From the human T2T-CHM13v2.0 reference genome, Homo sapiens: a stretch of 64,000 bases of DNA. Position 1 is the stretch's first letter; each line of letters begins with the position of its first letter. The notes under the pieces were generated by a model, which made no database searches, had not been told where the DNA came from, and was given only the letters and a program-made list of their open reading frames with translations. This document shows, piece after piece, positions 26,894 through 44,408 of this stretch. Location: the NCBI RefSeq assembly GCF_009914755.1, contig NC_060938.1. The stretch is one strand, 5' to 3'. Both the position numbers and the translations under genes were made by a program.

Positions 26894-28744
26894 GGAATTC
26901 ACTTTTTATATTTTGCTTCCATTAAGAAATTTTTATGGTTATAGTTTTTCTTAGTATTTAATCTTTTAACTTTTATACTAGAGTTAGAAGTGATTTTACA
27001 TACCTCCATTACAGTATTACATTATTCTGTATTTGTCTATATATTTGCCTTTGTCAGTGAGATCCACACTTTCATCTGCTTTCATGTTGCTGTTTAACAT
27101 CCTGTTATTTCAACCTGAACTCTTACCTTAGCACTGCTCATATAGCAGATCTAGTGGTGACAAAATTCCTTAATTTGTGTTTATCTGGGAAAGTCTTCGT
27201 CTTCCTTAATTTTTAACAGACAGTGTTTGGGTATAGTATTCTTGATTGGCAGTTTTATTTCCTCAGCACTTTGAATATATCATTCCACTCTTGTGTGCTG
27301 CAAGGTTTCTGCTGAGAAATCTGCTGATAGCCTTATGAGGATTCCCTTGTATGTGATAAGTCACTTTTCACTTAAAATTCTCTGAGAAGGCTGGAGAAGT
27401 TGGACACTCACTTTGATCTATCTTTTCCTCACAGGAGAACTTGTAGACCAACAAGCTCTCTCTTGGTGCTGCACTCTGTGAGCTTGTAAGAGAAGCGATG
27501 CAGGTCAAGTGAAACTATTTTTACCCTTTTCAATGCATTATTTCTCATTTCTGTGCTCCATCAGGATGGTACTCTCACCTGCATCCTGGAGCTCTTATAA
27601 AGGTATATCCAGTTCTATAAACACCATTTGTTGAAAAGACCTGTTTTTGTCCCATTGAATTTTCTTGGTCCCCTTTCCAAAAGTCATAAATGCAAAGGCT
27701 AATTTCTGTATTCTCAAATCCATTCTATTGATCTATATGGCTATTCTTATATAGTGCCACATTCTTGATTACTGTAGCTTTGTAGTAAATTTTGAAATCA
27801 GGAAGTGTGAGTCCTTCAACTTTTTTTTTCTCTTTCAGAATTGTTTTGGCTAGTCCAGGCTCTTGCATTTCCATATGGATTGTAAGATCAGCCTGTCAAT
27901 GTCTGCAAAACCCAGCTAGGATTTTCATAGATATTGCATTGAATCTGTATCAATTTGGGGAATGTAGCCATTTTAACAATATTAGCACTTATAATCTCTG
28001 AACTTGGGTTATTTTTCCATTTATTTAAGACTTCATTAATTTCTTTCAATATTTTATAGTTTTCTATGTATTATCCTTATACTTCTTCTGTTAGATTCAT
28101 TCCTATGCATTTTATCCTTTTTGCTACGATTGCAAGTTAATCGTTTTCTTAATTTCATTTTTTGTTTGTTCAATGCTATTGTAAAGAAGTAAAATTGATT
28201 TCTGCATATTCATTTTGTAGCCTGCAACCTTGCCAAATGCATTTATTAGGTCTAATTGTGTGTGTGTGTATGTGTGTGTGTGTGTTCTGTAGGATTTTCC
28301 ATATACAAGAGTATATCAGTTGTAAATAGAGATTGTATTCCTTGACAATCTGAATGCCTTTATTTCTATTTCTTGCTTAATTTCTCGGCTAAAACCTTCA
28401 GTGTAATGTTGAGTAGAAGTGAAGATAGTGGGCATCCTTGTCTTCTTCCTGACCCTAGAGAGAAAGCTTTCGGTGTTTCACTATTAAACATGACAGTTGT
28501 TGTGGGATTTTTCTAGATGCCATTTATTAGCTTGAGAAAGCTCTCTTGTATTCCAAGTTTATTAAGTGAAACAACATGTAAAGGAGTTATGAAATGGTGT
28601 TAGAATTTTGCCATTCTTTTTTGTATCTATCAAGATGAACATGTATTTTTTATTCTTTATTCTACGAATATGGTGTATTACATTGATAAACTCTTGGATG
28701 TTAAAGCAACCTTGCAGTCCTGGGATTAATCTTACTTTTTCATA

Positions 28745-28747
<3 letters not shown>

Positions 28748-28796
<49 letters not shown>
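28748..28796. repeat. (TA)n microsatellite, about 24 units
   Basis: Perfect TA run. Confidence 0.97.
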
Positions 28797-28800
<4 letters not shown>

Positions 28801-29139
28801 TTTCTAGAATTGCTTTGCTAGTATTTTGTAGAGAATGCTTGCATCTATGTCATAAGAGATATTGATCTGTTGTTTTATTGGCTTGTGATGTTTTTGTCGG
28901 GCTGTGGTATAAGGGTAATTAATATAAAATAAGTTAGGAGATGTTTGTCCTTCTATTTTTAAAAGACTTTGTGAATGGTGTTAACGCTTCTTTAAGATTC
29001 AAGGAAGCCACCAAGTCCTGGGCCTTTCTTTGTGGCAAATATAATGTTGTTATTATTATTATGAATTTAACCTCTTTATTTATTATAGATTTACTCAACA
29101 TTTTTATTGCTTACTGAGTTGGTTTCAGTAGTGCATGTC

Positions 29140-29435
29140 TTTTGTTTTTTTTTGAGATGGCCTCTTACTGTGTCACCCAGGCTGGAGTGTGGTAGCACAA
29201 TCTCGGCTCACTGCAGCCTCCGTCTCGTGGGTTCAAGTGATTCCCCTGCCTCAGCCTCCTGAGTAGCTGAGATTGCAGGTGCCTACTACTACGCCCAGCT
29301 AATTTTTGTATTTTTAGTAGAGACAGAGTTTCACTATGTTGGCCAGGCTGGTCTTGAACTCCTGACCTCAAGTGATCTGCCTGCTTGGGACTCCCACAGT
29401 GCCGGGATTACAGGCGTGAGCCACCACTCCTGGCC
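29140..29435 (-). mobile_element. AluS (Sz-like), full length
   Basis: Antisense Alu; degenerate TSD agtagtgcatgtcttt/agtagttcacatcttt. Confidence 0.95.
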
Positions 29436-29885
29436 AGTAGTTCACATCTTTATAGGAATTTGTACATTTTTTCTAGGTTACCAAATTTGTGGGCATTTTT
29501 TTTATTGTATTTCCTTATCTTCCTTATTTCTGTAAAATTGATACTAATATCCTCTCTTCCATTTCCAACTTTAGTAACTTAAGTCTTTTTTTTTTCCTTG
29601 ATGAGTCTAGCTAAAGGTTGGTCAGTGTTGTCAGTCTTTCAAAGAACCAACATTTGGCTTCACTGACTTTCTCTTACTTTTCTATTCTCTGTTTCATTAA
29701 CTTCACCTCTAATCTTGATGATGTGCCTTCTTATTCTTGCTTTGGGTTTCATTTACCTAGTTTCTTAAAATTGGAGTTTAGATTATTGACATAAGACCTT
29801 CCTTCTTTTTTAACATCAACATTTATAACCATAAGTTTGCCTCTAAGCATTGCTTTAACTGCATCCCGTGAGTCGGAGTGCCTCA

Positions 29886-29889
29886 ACAC

Positions 29890-29920
<31 letters not shown>

Positions 29921-29972
29921 GAGAGACACATACACACATACACACAGCACACACACAGAGAGAGAGAGAGAG
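29886..29972. repeat. Compound (CA)n/(GA)n microsatellite
   Basis: acacac...agagag. Confidence 0.95.
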
Positions 29973-29974
29973 CT

Positions 29975-31010
<1,036 letters not shown>

Positions 31011-31399
31011 CTGTCCCTTACTATATTCCTAGGAGGAGCCCTGGGGAGGCCTGAGGCAGAAACCCATGGATGGCCTGAGGCAACTTTCTGGATTCCTCTT
31101 GGCCTCTTTTTCCATAGCTGTAAAAAGAGATGTTCAGCAAAGATGATCCCAGAGGGCTTTCTTGCCTCAAATATCCTTCTCTGTGCCTTGTCTGAGGCAT
31201 CTTGAATACATAGTGTGAATCTTTTTATTCTCAGCATCCCCCAAAGCAGCAGCTTTCCAGCTTCTCTAGAACCCACTTAGAAATAAGGACCTGGCCCATG
31301 CGTCTAAGCAGACACATTGATTCTCTTGCATTACATATGCAACAAAAATTTCATCAGGCTACTGCTCCTGCTATAGGTACTATAACAGCAGCTACGGCT

Positions 31400-31522
31400 T
31401 TAGGAACACATTCTGATTTTTCTATTCTTATTTCTTTAAACAACACGTTGGTCATGGGCCACAAAAATGACTCCCTGGACTCCCTAATGTTTTATCATCC
31501 ACAAGTTGAAAATCCCAGGCCT
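31400..31522. mobile_element. Possible hAT-Charlie DNA transposon relic
   Basis: ggtcatgggccacaaaaatgactccctggactccctaatg...cacaagttgaaaatcccag resembles a Charlie-type terminus. Confidence 0.35.
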
Positions 31523-31771
31523 AGAGGTACCCAGTTCACATGCTGGCTGACCCTGAGCTGAGGGGGAGGATGAGTGCCCTAAAGGTGAGCAGGTAGGCAC
31601 AAGTAAGCCTGAATTCAAGCTGTGGCTTGAAAGGTTGGTCCTTGGGACAGTGTTGATTTGGGGGGTCCAGAGGGAGTTGAAGGTTGGGGCATCAGAGCAC
31701 TTGCCCTCCTGGTGTTCCTGGAGCTCTGGGCGGGTAAATCTTACATGGGAACTGCCTCACCCCTTGACCCC

Positions 31772-32169
31772 TGTATTAGGTAATTTATAAACAAATTTAT
31801 AATTTTTTCTATGTTTGTAGAATTGCTTTGCTTAATTTCTCTGGCTAAAACCTAGGTAATTTTTAAAGAAAAAGAAGTTGAATGGACCCACAGTTCCACG
31901 CGGCTAGGGAAGCCTCACAATCATGGTGGAAGATGAAAGATATGTCTTACAGGGCGGCAGGCAAGAGAGAAAAAGAACCAACCAAAAGGGGAAACCCCTT
32001 ATAAAACCATCAGATCTCATGAGACTTATTCACCACCACGAGAACAGTATAGGGGAAACCACCCCCATGATTCAATTATCTGCTACTGGGTCCCTCCCAC
32101 AACATGTGGGAATTATGGGAGCTATACTGCAAGATGAGATTTGGGTGGGGACACAGCCAAACCGTATTA
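31772..32169 (-). mobile_element. THE1 (B/C-like) MaLR solo LTR with rearranged end
   Basis: cacagttccacgcggctagggaagcctcacaatcatgg...ccttataaaaccatcagatctcatgagacttattcac...gatttgggtggggacacagccaaacc; TSD acccc/ccccc. Confidence 0.93.
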
Positions 32170-32176
32170 CCCCCAC

Positions 32177-32913
<737 letters not shown>

Positions 32914-35900
32914 CCCACGTAATATGAAGTCTCCAGACACTCCACGGAGACATCTGGGCCTGGACACTGAAGAGTTCTTTGAATCACTCAGCAAAGCCAC
33001 CGCAACGTGCCAAGCCACTGGGGGATACATGATGAAGACCCCTTTCCTGCCGCTAAGATAGGTGTGCATGAAGACACCTCTTTCCACTTTCTAAAGCTCT
33101 TGCATGTTGTATCACATGAGTATCAAGTGTCAAGACACCTGTAAGGCAGGATGTTGGGGGGTGAGGGGGTTATTCTGGAAGGACCTGGTCCTCCCTATCC
33201 CTCCCTGAGCAAAGCTGGAAAGCCAGCAATGACATCTGAGCTCCCCTGGGTATCACTCAGGTAGGACGTGAGCTCACTCACTGGTCTCAGAGTAACATCA
33301 CTTGGATCAAAAAGACAACCCCAGTGAAGTCAAAACTTCACTAAAAACATCCCCAACAACTGTTTGTTTCAGCTTCTTGACACTTGAAAATGATGACATC
33401 CCTTCTTCAAAAAGAAAAAAGAAAGAAAAATATTTCTTAATTGACAACAGCAGAACTCTTAGTAGAAGGTTCCATGATCTCTCTGGGAGCTTAGCTTTGC
33501 AAGAGAAAAGCTAAATCTGTGAAATCTCGATCTGCAGCAATCACAGCTGGCTCCATCGCATGGGCTGGGAGGCCGCGCTCACCCTGAGACATTTGGAAGA
33601 TGTCGTATTTACCTAACACGCAGTCCTTCTAATTGAAGGGCAGTGGGTCCCGGGGCTGCATGTGAGATGCAGACCAGATGTGGATCAGGCCAGGACATCA
33701 GCAGCATGGGATTAGTGAGAGGCAGTGGCGGGGACGCGGGATGATTCTGGGCTATGCAGCCTCTACCCCCAGGCATCTATGTGGGGGACAAGCATATGGG
33801 AGAGAGGCGGAATGGCAGAGGACCCGCTCTCTGCAGACTGTGGTTAACCCCTCAGTAGGCACGATGCTGCACACGGAGCACAACATGATTTTGCAGCTGA
33901 GGAAATGGAAGCTTAGTTAAGTCAATGTAAGGATAAGATGATGGACCTTTTTTGTTAATAAACAGGAAGGAGGCCGCTTCCTCTCCACCCTCTCCTCCTT
34001 AGGGTATCTCCTTGGAAAAAAATAATCAGTCCGATAAGAGGCCCAATCTTTTAGTTTTACTATGTAAGATATGAGGCCTCCTGACCCTTGGAACTGTAAA
34101 CACAACCCCCTAAGAGGACCTCGGAAATCTTTCACAGATAGACAAGTGGGTCCTCTTATCTGTCTAGGAGATAGGAGAATGCTTCGTTCTTCTCTTTTCT
34201 GCATTTCTGTGCACGTCTGTTGAAATTCTGAAGTCCAGTCTCTGGAGACACTTTTGTGCTATCTTACATGCATGTGAATATCACAGTGCTTACTTAAGAT
34301 TAAACTGCATTCTCTCTCTTCTATTTTGGTACAGAAGGGTCTTTTGACAGGAGGATTGTCTTATTTCCCCAACGGTCATTTGCCTGGGGCCACGCAACAG
34401 CACTGTGGACTCTGACCATGAACTCTTGCAACACCCCCATCTCACCACTGCAGTCAAGCCAGAGGGTCGTGGGAATCTCAAGGGAGAAGATTCCCTGGCA
34501 TTGGAGGTCATAACCCCTTCTTTTCACAGAGAGTTTACAAAATGCTTTTACGTGTTACCTTGTTCTCAGAAGGACACAGAATGTCCTGAGGGTCCTGGAA
34601 ACTCACCAATAAATACCTCCCAAACAAGCTGAGGATGGTGAGGACACCACTGCACACACCACCTTGTCTCTGTCACCGCATGGCTATGGTGAAGATTTCC
34701 TTCCATGCTCCCTAGCCACCGCCCTGTTTCTGGGAGACTAGTGGCTCTCACCCAGCACAATGCTCGTGAGCTCTCTTCCAGCTGTGGGGTGTCTCAATAG
34801 TTGCTTCCTTTCTACTGCGGAGCAGTGGCCTGTGTTTACCTTGCTATGTTCATAGGCAGTGCTTGCCATTGATCAGCTCTCACCAGGCCAAGGTCCACAG
34901 ATTCGGCATCTCCTAGGTTGCTGCTGTTTTTTCTTCCTTGCTGAAAGATGGCATTGAGTCAGGCTTTACACATCGCAGGAACACAATTATTGTGCAGCTC
35001 ATCCAGCTTCTTCCCTCTGGTTTCATGATGTGCAGATGGATACCATGGAGAAAAGCTAATGGAATGTGGGTCTGCTATTTTAGGTTGCTCAAATAAACAA
35101 GCGGGACACATCTTAAAACCATCAACCACGTTATTTTTAAAAGGACACACACACACACACGCACTACTGTACACACACACTACTGTAGCCTCTGGGTTTA
35201 GGGGGTTTGCTGTATCAATCTTGAAGAAATGTTTCTTTGTACTGATGGGTACTTCCCAAGTGCAATTATGGTTCCGCCTCTACTTTGCAAATCTCTCTGC
35301 ACATCCAGTTCACAGAGATGGAATTAATGAGGGTGTGAAAGGGAGGAACGTCAAATACCAAGTGTGGACAGGCACCACCCAGATAGTTATCAGGGATATG
35401 AACTGTAGGCCTAAATGCACAGTCTTGATAAAGTCCACGCTGAATGAAACTGTTCCAACCTACACAAATGCAGAGCGATAAGATGACTGCACACAGGTGC
35501 CAGATGACTTCTGCTTCATGAGGGAGGTAGATGCCACAGGAAGATCCTCCAGGTAGAAGGGTCTTCTAGAAGCAGGTATGCCATTAGCTGTCTGTGCTGC
35601 TGTGGCAAGAGGTGGAGCGTCCATGCTGGGTAAAGTGCTTTGCGGATGACAGCTGTTTCAAGCAGTACATGGGAACTAGTTTTCATGAACCCCGTTGAGG
35701 TCGTCTCTTCACCATCAGATCATCATCTGCATACTGGCTTGTGGACATGCTCAGAAACGGTTCTGAACATACTCCAGACAAAGAAACGCAATGACCTGCA
35801 TCATTAAACACTTCCATTCTTGGCATTCACCTTCCCGGTTGGTCTGGCCGTGCGTTTCATCCAGGACCTTCAATGCAGGGCCCTCAGCTGCTGAAGGCTG

Positions 35901-36019
35901 TCAGCACCCCGATCCATGTCCCTGGGTCCCTAAGGTGACTTCAGCACCAAGTGGCTCATAATTATATTTTAAAAAGCTATTTTGAATAATGGGAAAATAT
36001 ATATCCACATAATCACCAT

Positions 36020-38010
<1,991 letters not shown>

Positions 38011-38014
38011 GTTC

Positions 38015-38345
38015 ATCAAATATTTGCTGACTGTCAAATATTTATTCCATACCAATGATTATCGAGAGCCAGGTGACTTCTATGCATTTGAGCTGCACTG
38101 GAGAGCAAGCTCTGACAGCTCGACCCTCGGGGTGGACACGAGGACAGTGAGGTGGTCTAAACCAGAAAATAAAAAATAAACAAAATAGAACAATGAATTA
38201 TGTACAGAATGTTGGAAGTATTCACTGCTATGGAAAACAAGAAAGCAACAGAGCTGGTTAAGGGGTGCGTTAGGATCATGGTGACCAGAGGGTACGTTTG
38301 TAAATAGGGCAGTCCGGGTGGGTCTTACCAGGAAGGTGACATTTC
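38015..38345 (-). mobile_element. L2 3' fragment
   Basis: catcaaatatttgctga...tgctatggaaaac...aaatagggcagtccggg...aggaaggtgacattt. Confidence 0.6.
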
Positions 38346-39157
38346 TGCTTCCTCCCTCCTTCCCACCTGCCCCACCAAACCCTAGTGCAATTATAAAGGC
38401 CACCAGGAAACCAACACAACTTCCTTACAGAGGCCTCATTCCACATCTTGGACTCCTGAAAGCCACCCCACCCCCTAATTTGATCCCCAAGGCCGGGCAG
38501 AGCACAGAGAGGAAAACGTGACCATGAGCAGGCTCCTCAGATGGCACGCGCCTCTGAGCCTGTCCAAGTGGTAATTAATTGGTATACGTGCTCCCAGAGC
38601 TGACAAATGTTTATTCTACAAAACCAAGAAGGAAGATCCAATGAGAAATCGCATTTTCCCTGGTGAGTGTCTGGGTCTCATCAGGCCTCTTGTGACCGAG
38701 GACAGCCGAACTGCACAGCTCACACTGGCCATCATCTGTGTGTTCCCAGAAGGTCGCGGTGTTTCCACAGTTGAGTCCATGGCGGGAGGTCCTAGCCCGT
38801 GTTCGGACGTCAGTGGTGCCAGCGGTGTGGCCACATGCCCCTCCCTAGAAGAGAGCCATGCCTTAAGTTACCCTTGAGTGGTGCTTCTGCCCAAATGCTG
38901 TGACCTCTTCTTTCCAGGAGTGATCGTGCCCTGCCAGTGATGCCTCTGTTGCTGGGCAGGCCCCACCACATGAAGTATGGGGGCTTTCCTTGCAGCCTCC
39001 CTGGTCACAGCTCACCTCCCATGACATGTGAAGTGTCATGGGAGGTGACTCTGCTCTTCTTCTGGGCTTCCTGGGGCATAGTCCCCAACTCACACTCCTA
39101 GCCCCCTGCCCCATTGCCATGGACAGACCCATTCCCTACACGGTGTGTCTCCCTCTT

Positions 39158-39514
39158 TGTTATGGAGTGCATGGTTGTGTCCCCCCAGATGCGATGTTGA
39201 AATCCTAACCCCCAAAGTGATGATATTAGGAAGTGGGGCCTTTGGGAGGTGACTAGGTCACGAGGGTGGAGCCCTCACGAATGAGATTAGTGCCCTCTAA
39301 AAGGGGCCCCAGAGAGCTCTCTCACCCTCTTTCTACCATGTGAGGACACAATGAGACGACAGCTGTCTGCAGCCCAGGAGAGGGCCTTCCCCAGAACCTG
39401 ACCATGTTGGCAACCTGACTTCCAGCTTCCCGGACTTGTAGAAGTAAAGCTGGGCTATCTGTAGGCTGCCCAGGCTTTGGAAATTTGTCATGGCAGCAGC
39501 AACTCACTAAGGCG
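39158..39514 (+). mobile_element. MLT1A-like MaLR solo LTR
   Basis: tgttatgga...tgttgaaatcctaacccccaaagtgatg...gagggtggagccctc...ccatgtgaggacaca. Confidence 0.9.
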
Positions 39515-40539
39515 CTGCATGCTCTCAGCCGGTGACTCTGCCTTGGCCCCTCAGACCCTGCCCCATCCTCATGGATCTGTCCTGCCGCTGCCCCTGCCCC
39601 TGCTGGGGGCCTAGAACCCTTTGTCCCCAGCCTGTGCCCTCTCCTGGGCTGTGGCCCTGAGGTCTATAAAGGACACATGAGGGGGCGGTAGACAAGAATA
39701 TGGTTGGTGGGGAGTAAGGAAGCTGTTCTTGATTTGGGTACTTTGACCCTAGCCCATAGATTTCTTTCAAATCCTTCAGCTTTTCAGTTGCACAAGAACA
39801 ATTTACTAAAACTTTTGTAAAACGTAAAAAAAAAAATTTTTTGGCTTCCTCTTTTTCCCCAACCCATAAACCCTGAAGGAGGCAAAACAAAACAAAATAA
39901 AACAAACAAAAACAACACAACTAAACCAAAACAAAGAACAACACATCAGTGAAACTCAGGTAGTTAGGGACCTTAAAAAGCAGGCCTGGTGTCAGGAGAG
40001 GACACCGGTTCCCACAGCCGGCTGCACCTATACCCAAGGCCTGCATCCATCCAGTGTCCCCAGCTGCCTTGGTGGAGAGCTGCCCTCGGCCTCTGCTTCC
40101 CCAGAGCTCTGCCTGCCTGGGCATCCTCTGAGGGCGTGCGGGAACCGGAATCACTTCCAGATCTACGCTTTTCAAGGAGTTGAGGTTGAACTTTTCTGAA
40201 CAGTTCATCTAGCCAACATTAGGAACAAAACGGTATATGTGGTGCTTGCAGGGAATTGTATATAATCTGCTTAAGGGAACTCACTGAGACCCTGGAAATT
40301 TCCTCCTCCCATCCCTGAATATGTGCCTCCAGTCAGCAATTCTTGGCTGCACACGAGGCTGTCTGAGCCACAAGGTCTGGGCCAGCTTTCATTCTGGGAT
40401 GTATGGATGGAACCCAGGATAGGGAATAGTATGGGATTTTAAAACAGCAGGCTGTGTGCCCCTCCTGGGGACAGTCCTCCTGCACATGGCAGCCTTCTCT
40501 GAGTCACGGCCCCCCTCCAACTCTCCTCCCTGACAACAC

Positions 40540-40615
40540 ACACCTCAGTTTCCTTATTTGTAGAATTGTTCACGGAGCAATTGTGAGGGGTGAAAATGCA
40601 GTTTGTAAGAAGGTT
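40540..40615 (+). mobile_element. MIR fragment
   Basis: cctcagtttccttatttgtaga...ttgtgagggg. Confidence 0.5.
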
Positions 40616-41419
40616 TCCTTGCTCCACGAGGGGAATATGATTTATTAACATGTGAATGGCCCCATCCCCTGTGGAATAAAGAGAATTTTGACCTCCCTGG
40701 CTCGGCTTCACCCTTTCTGTTCCCCCAGCCCCAAGGAGAGCCCTCTATTTGCCAGCTGGGTTTCAAGGGTTTTTATGATGCAGATTTGGGAGACAGAGCA
40801 CAAAGAGAGAGGTCTCTAGAGGGCAAGAGAGGGAGGAGGGCTCCTCCTGGCTGGGTGAGTTCCAGGGCTCCCCTTTGTTGCACAGAAATATGGAGAATGG
40901 GTAAAGCAGAAAGGAAACAAAAAAAGAAGCCAGGAGGCCAAGTCTAGCTGCATCAGAAAGAGCCGGGGGAGAGGGCGCTGTCAGAGAGAGAAAGAGCCCT
41001 GCGACGGGGCCAGGACAAGTTTTTGTAAGTGTTGGGATGAGAGAAAGACGACAGGGGCATCAGAGAGGGGAGAACTGGGGAGAGAAGACAGTGAGGGCTT
41101 CACAGAGACCTTGCTGGAACTATGAAAGGCATCTCCTAAAACGTTTTTCTCCAAAGCTGGCAACAAGGATTGGGACTCCTTCTCAACTCTCTGGTTGCTG
41201 GACTGCTGTTTCTTTGCATGTGACTCAGCGCTGTGCCTGGACATGTGGGCCTTGGGGTTTATCTGGGTTACAGACCCATTATTCCACTTGTTCCCTGGTC
41301 TCCTCATCAAACCCTGAGCCCCTGTTGTTTCTCTAGCATGGTGGCTGCTCATGCTCCAGGAATGGTGGCTGCAGAGACCTGGCAGACACATGCCTGGTGG
41401 TGGGGCCAGACCAGCCCAG

Positions 41420-41670
41420 GGAACAATTCCATTCGGTGCGTGGTGAGCGTCCTGTCAGGGCAAACACGGGGGTTGTTCTCAGAAGAGGGGACTTGCCAGC
41501 AGGTCCTGAAGGACAATGATATATTGTCAGTCAACCGAAGAACAGAGGCAGGAAGGAGATGCACTGGCATTCCTGGCCTGAGGGAACCGCATGTGCAAAG
41601 GCCCAGGGGCAAGAACATGGGTGGCGAGTTTGTAAAAACCCCAGCATGACTGAAGCTCTGAGTTCAAAGT
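41420..41670 (-). mobile_element. L2 fragment
   Basis: gcattcctggcctgagggaaccgcatgtgcaaaggcccagggg. Confidence 0.65.
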
Positions 41671-41698
41671 CCCGTGCAGTGACAGCAGCGAGCCTGGG

Positions 41699-41953
<255 letters not shown>

Positions 41954-44408
41954 GGGTGAGGAGCCCACTCTGCTCAGATGTGAGGCTTCATTCCTGCAGG
42001 TGCCCATGTCGAGCCCAGACACAGGTGTGCGTGTGTGTGCGGATGTGCATGCATGTGTTCCAGCTCCGGGAGCTCGGGGTCAGGGAAGGGACACTGAGGC
42101 AGGCTCCCTCGCATGTACATTGACTCCTTCCCCACCTCTTTCCCCCCACTCCATGTTCCTGGAGAAGCAGAGATGACAGGAGCAGACCCATGAAGAGCAG
42201 GCCGCCCACGGCTGAGTGAGGACCGAAGCTGCAGAAACAGCTGGAGGGAAATCAATTTGTTCTTTGCTACAGTCAGACATAAACCAATTAGAGCAGACCC
42301 AACGGGGGCCCTCGGTGTTCGGAGAAGTGAACATGAGTCTGGCCAATCCAGGCCTGTTAATCCCTGCTTGTACCTTCCAGCTGCCTGCAAGATAAAGGCC
42401 AGCTTTGCGGGAAGGTGGCCAAAGCCTCCTCCAGCTGCTCGCTGTCGCCCCTCTAGTGTCAGAGTTCACCACGGACCCTCCTCACCCGAATCCAGACGCA
42501 GGAGTGATTTTAGGGGGCCTTGGGGCCCATCCTCATGTGAGTCCTCTCCTTGTGAGCCCTCCCATCGCCCTGAGGGCCCGGAACTGGCCACCCTCCCAGC
42601 ACACCTGTCCCCAGGTCTCTCCTGCACCCCTGCGGGGGTAGAAGCCATGCTGTCTTCCTTTAGCCAGGGGGCTCCAGTGAAGGGCACGCAGCCCCCTGTG
42701 TAGGCCAACGCCTCTGGGCTTCATTTTCACATCACACCAGCCCCAGAGGAACGCCAGGGGTCAAAAAGACAGCGCTCAGGAGAGACGCCTACAGCAGGAC
42801 GCTGGGCAGAGGCTCAGGAGCTGGGGCTGTCCTGGTGAGAGGCTTGCTGGGCACAGGCTGCCTGGGGCCACGTCGAACCCATCAGGGACAGAGACAGGAG
42901 TACCCCAGGACCCTAGCCTGGCACCCAGTGGGTGTCCCCTCTCTTAAGGTGGTACTGGGGACTGATAGTGAAACTGCTACCCCCTCTGACCACAAAGTTC
43001 CCTCTTGCCCCTTTGGGCCCCACCCACACCAGCTGTATCTTGGCCAGGGAGTCTGCAGAATCCGCTCACCCCTGCTGACTCCTGGCGGCTGCCCAGGGTG
43101 TGAGCCTTCCCCACAAGGGCCCCCCGGGGGCCGTGGGACCCTGTTTTCCAGGAAACAGCATCTCAGCATCTCCAGGCTGAGACGGGCCCCAGGTCGTGAC
43201 TGAGAGCTGAATTCCTGGAACTGGTCTTCCAAGGAGTGGGGGTGGGGGATGTCAGTTAGGGGTGGGCGGCTGCGGAGGGGCCTCTTTGCCTCCTCTGGAT
43301 GCCTGGCCTGGTAGGCCTTGGCAAGCGACCTCAGAGCTCTCCTGTGTCTGTATGTGGACGCCTCCGCCTCTGACCCCCTTCCTGCACCTTCAGCACAACA
43401 CACGCCTGCCCCTGGTTTCTGGGGTGCCAAGTGGGTGCTCCTGATCCAGGGCTGCACAGCTGCTGCCCCCGCACTTCCTGAGCGACCCCCACTGGCCCTC
43501 CTGGGGCTGACGCCCAGGCTGGGCCTCACTTTCTCAGTTGAGCGGGAAGACGTCACATCAGCCAGTAACAGGACTCTGCATGTAAGGGTTCAAGGTGCCG
43601 TGGCGTTGCCAAGGGGAACGTGAGCTTCTGGCAGAGGTGGCTGCTTAGTGGAGGGTACAGGGCTGGCCTTGAAGGGAGGGGGAGGAAAGGGCACAGCAGC
43701 AGCAGGGGTGAGGGAGAGAGTGTGGCACTGCCTGGCCTGGGGTGGCCAAGACCTGAGGTCGGCAAGGTCGTGGAAGGAGAGTCCTGCACGCCAAGTTAAG
43801 GGGGCATGGATTTTCACGTAAAGGTCACGGGATCCACTGAGAAGGTTGGGTGGGGGTGACACATCAGCTTTCAGCCTGGAAAACCTAGGGAGGAGAGACA
43901 CAGGGGGGTGCAGAGAGGCCAGGGGGAAGCTGCCTAGGGGGTCCAGGGACAAACAGCTGGGCCTAGCCTGACCCAGAAGCCTGATGCAGCCAGAAGCATG
44001 GCCACCCGCTAGGCCTGTCCATAGTCCTGGGAGGGGGCAGCTGGACCACGAGCACCCCTTGCTCCCCATTTTGTGCTGAGTGAGCTCTGCCTCTTTATGC
44101 CAAGGACAAGGTGCCCCTCCTCCAGTCTGCCACACACCGTGGTGGGCAGAGGGGTCCCAGGCTGGATTCCAGCCCAAACCACTCTCCCGTTCCAGGGACC
44201 AGCTGCAGGCCACAAAGTACACAGTGCGTGTTGTGGCCTTGGCCTGGCACAGACTCAGAGCCCGCCCACAGGCCAGAGTCCCAGGGAAGTCAGTTTCATC
44301 TCCGCATAGGGCATAACTTTCTAGTAATCTCTGTTGACCAAGAAGAGACAGGGGCAGAGTCAGGGTTGGGACAAAGCTCGGGGGGGCCTGTCACAGACAG
44401 ACTCACAG

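Larger units (their letters stand above)
27607..29870 (-). mobile_element. Older L1M (MB/MC-like) ORF2 region
   Basis: caccatttgttgaaaagac...gattactgtagctttgtagtaaattttgaaatcagg...gtgggcatccttgtcttcttcctgac; second pass through the same ORF2 region as the L1MA, so a separate element. Confidence 0.85.

Noticed and set aside
34200-35950. Unique moderate-GC block as a possible processed pseudogene or ERV internal region
   Set aside because: The frames I examined gave no recognisable protein; no poly(A) or TSD seen
42882-44222. 224-aa and 210-aa minus-strand ORFs
   Set aside because: No domain similarity or codon signal; typical of high-GC non-coding DNA
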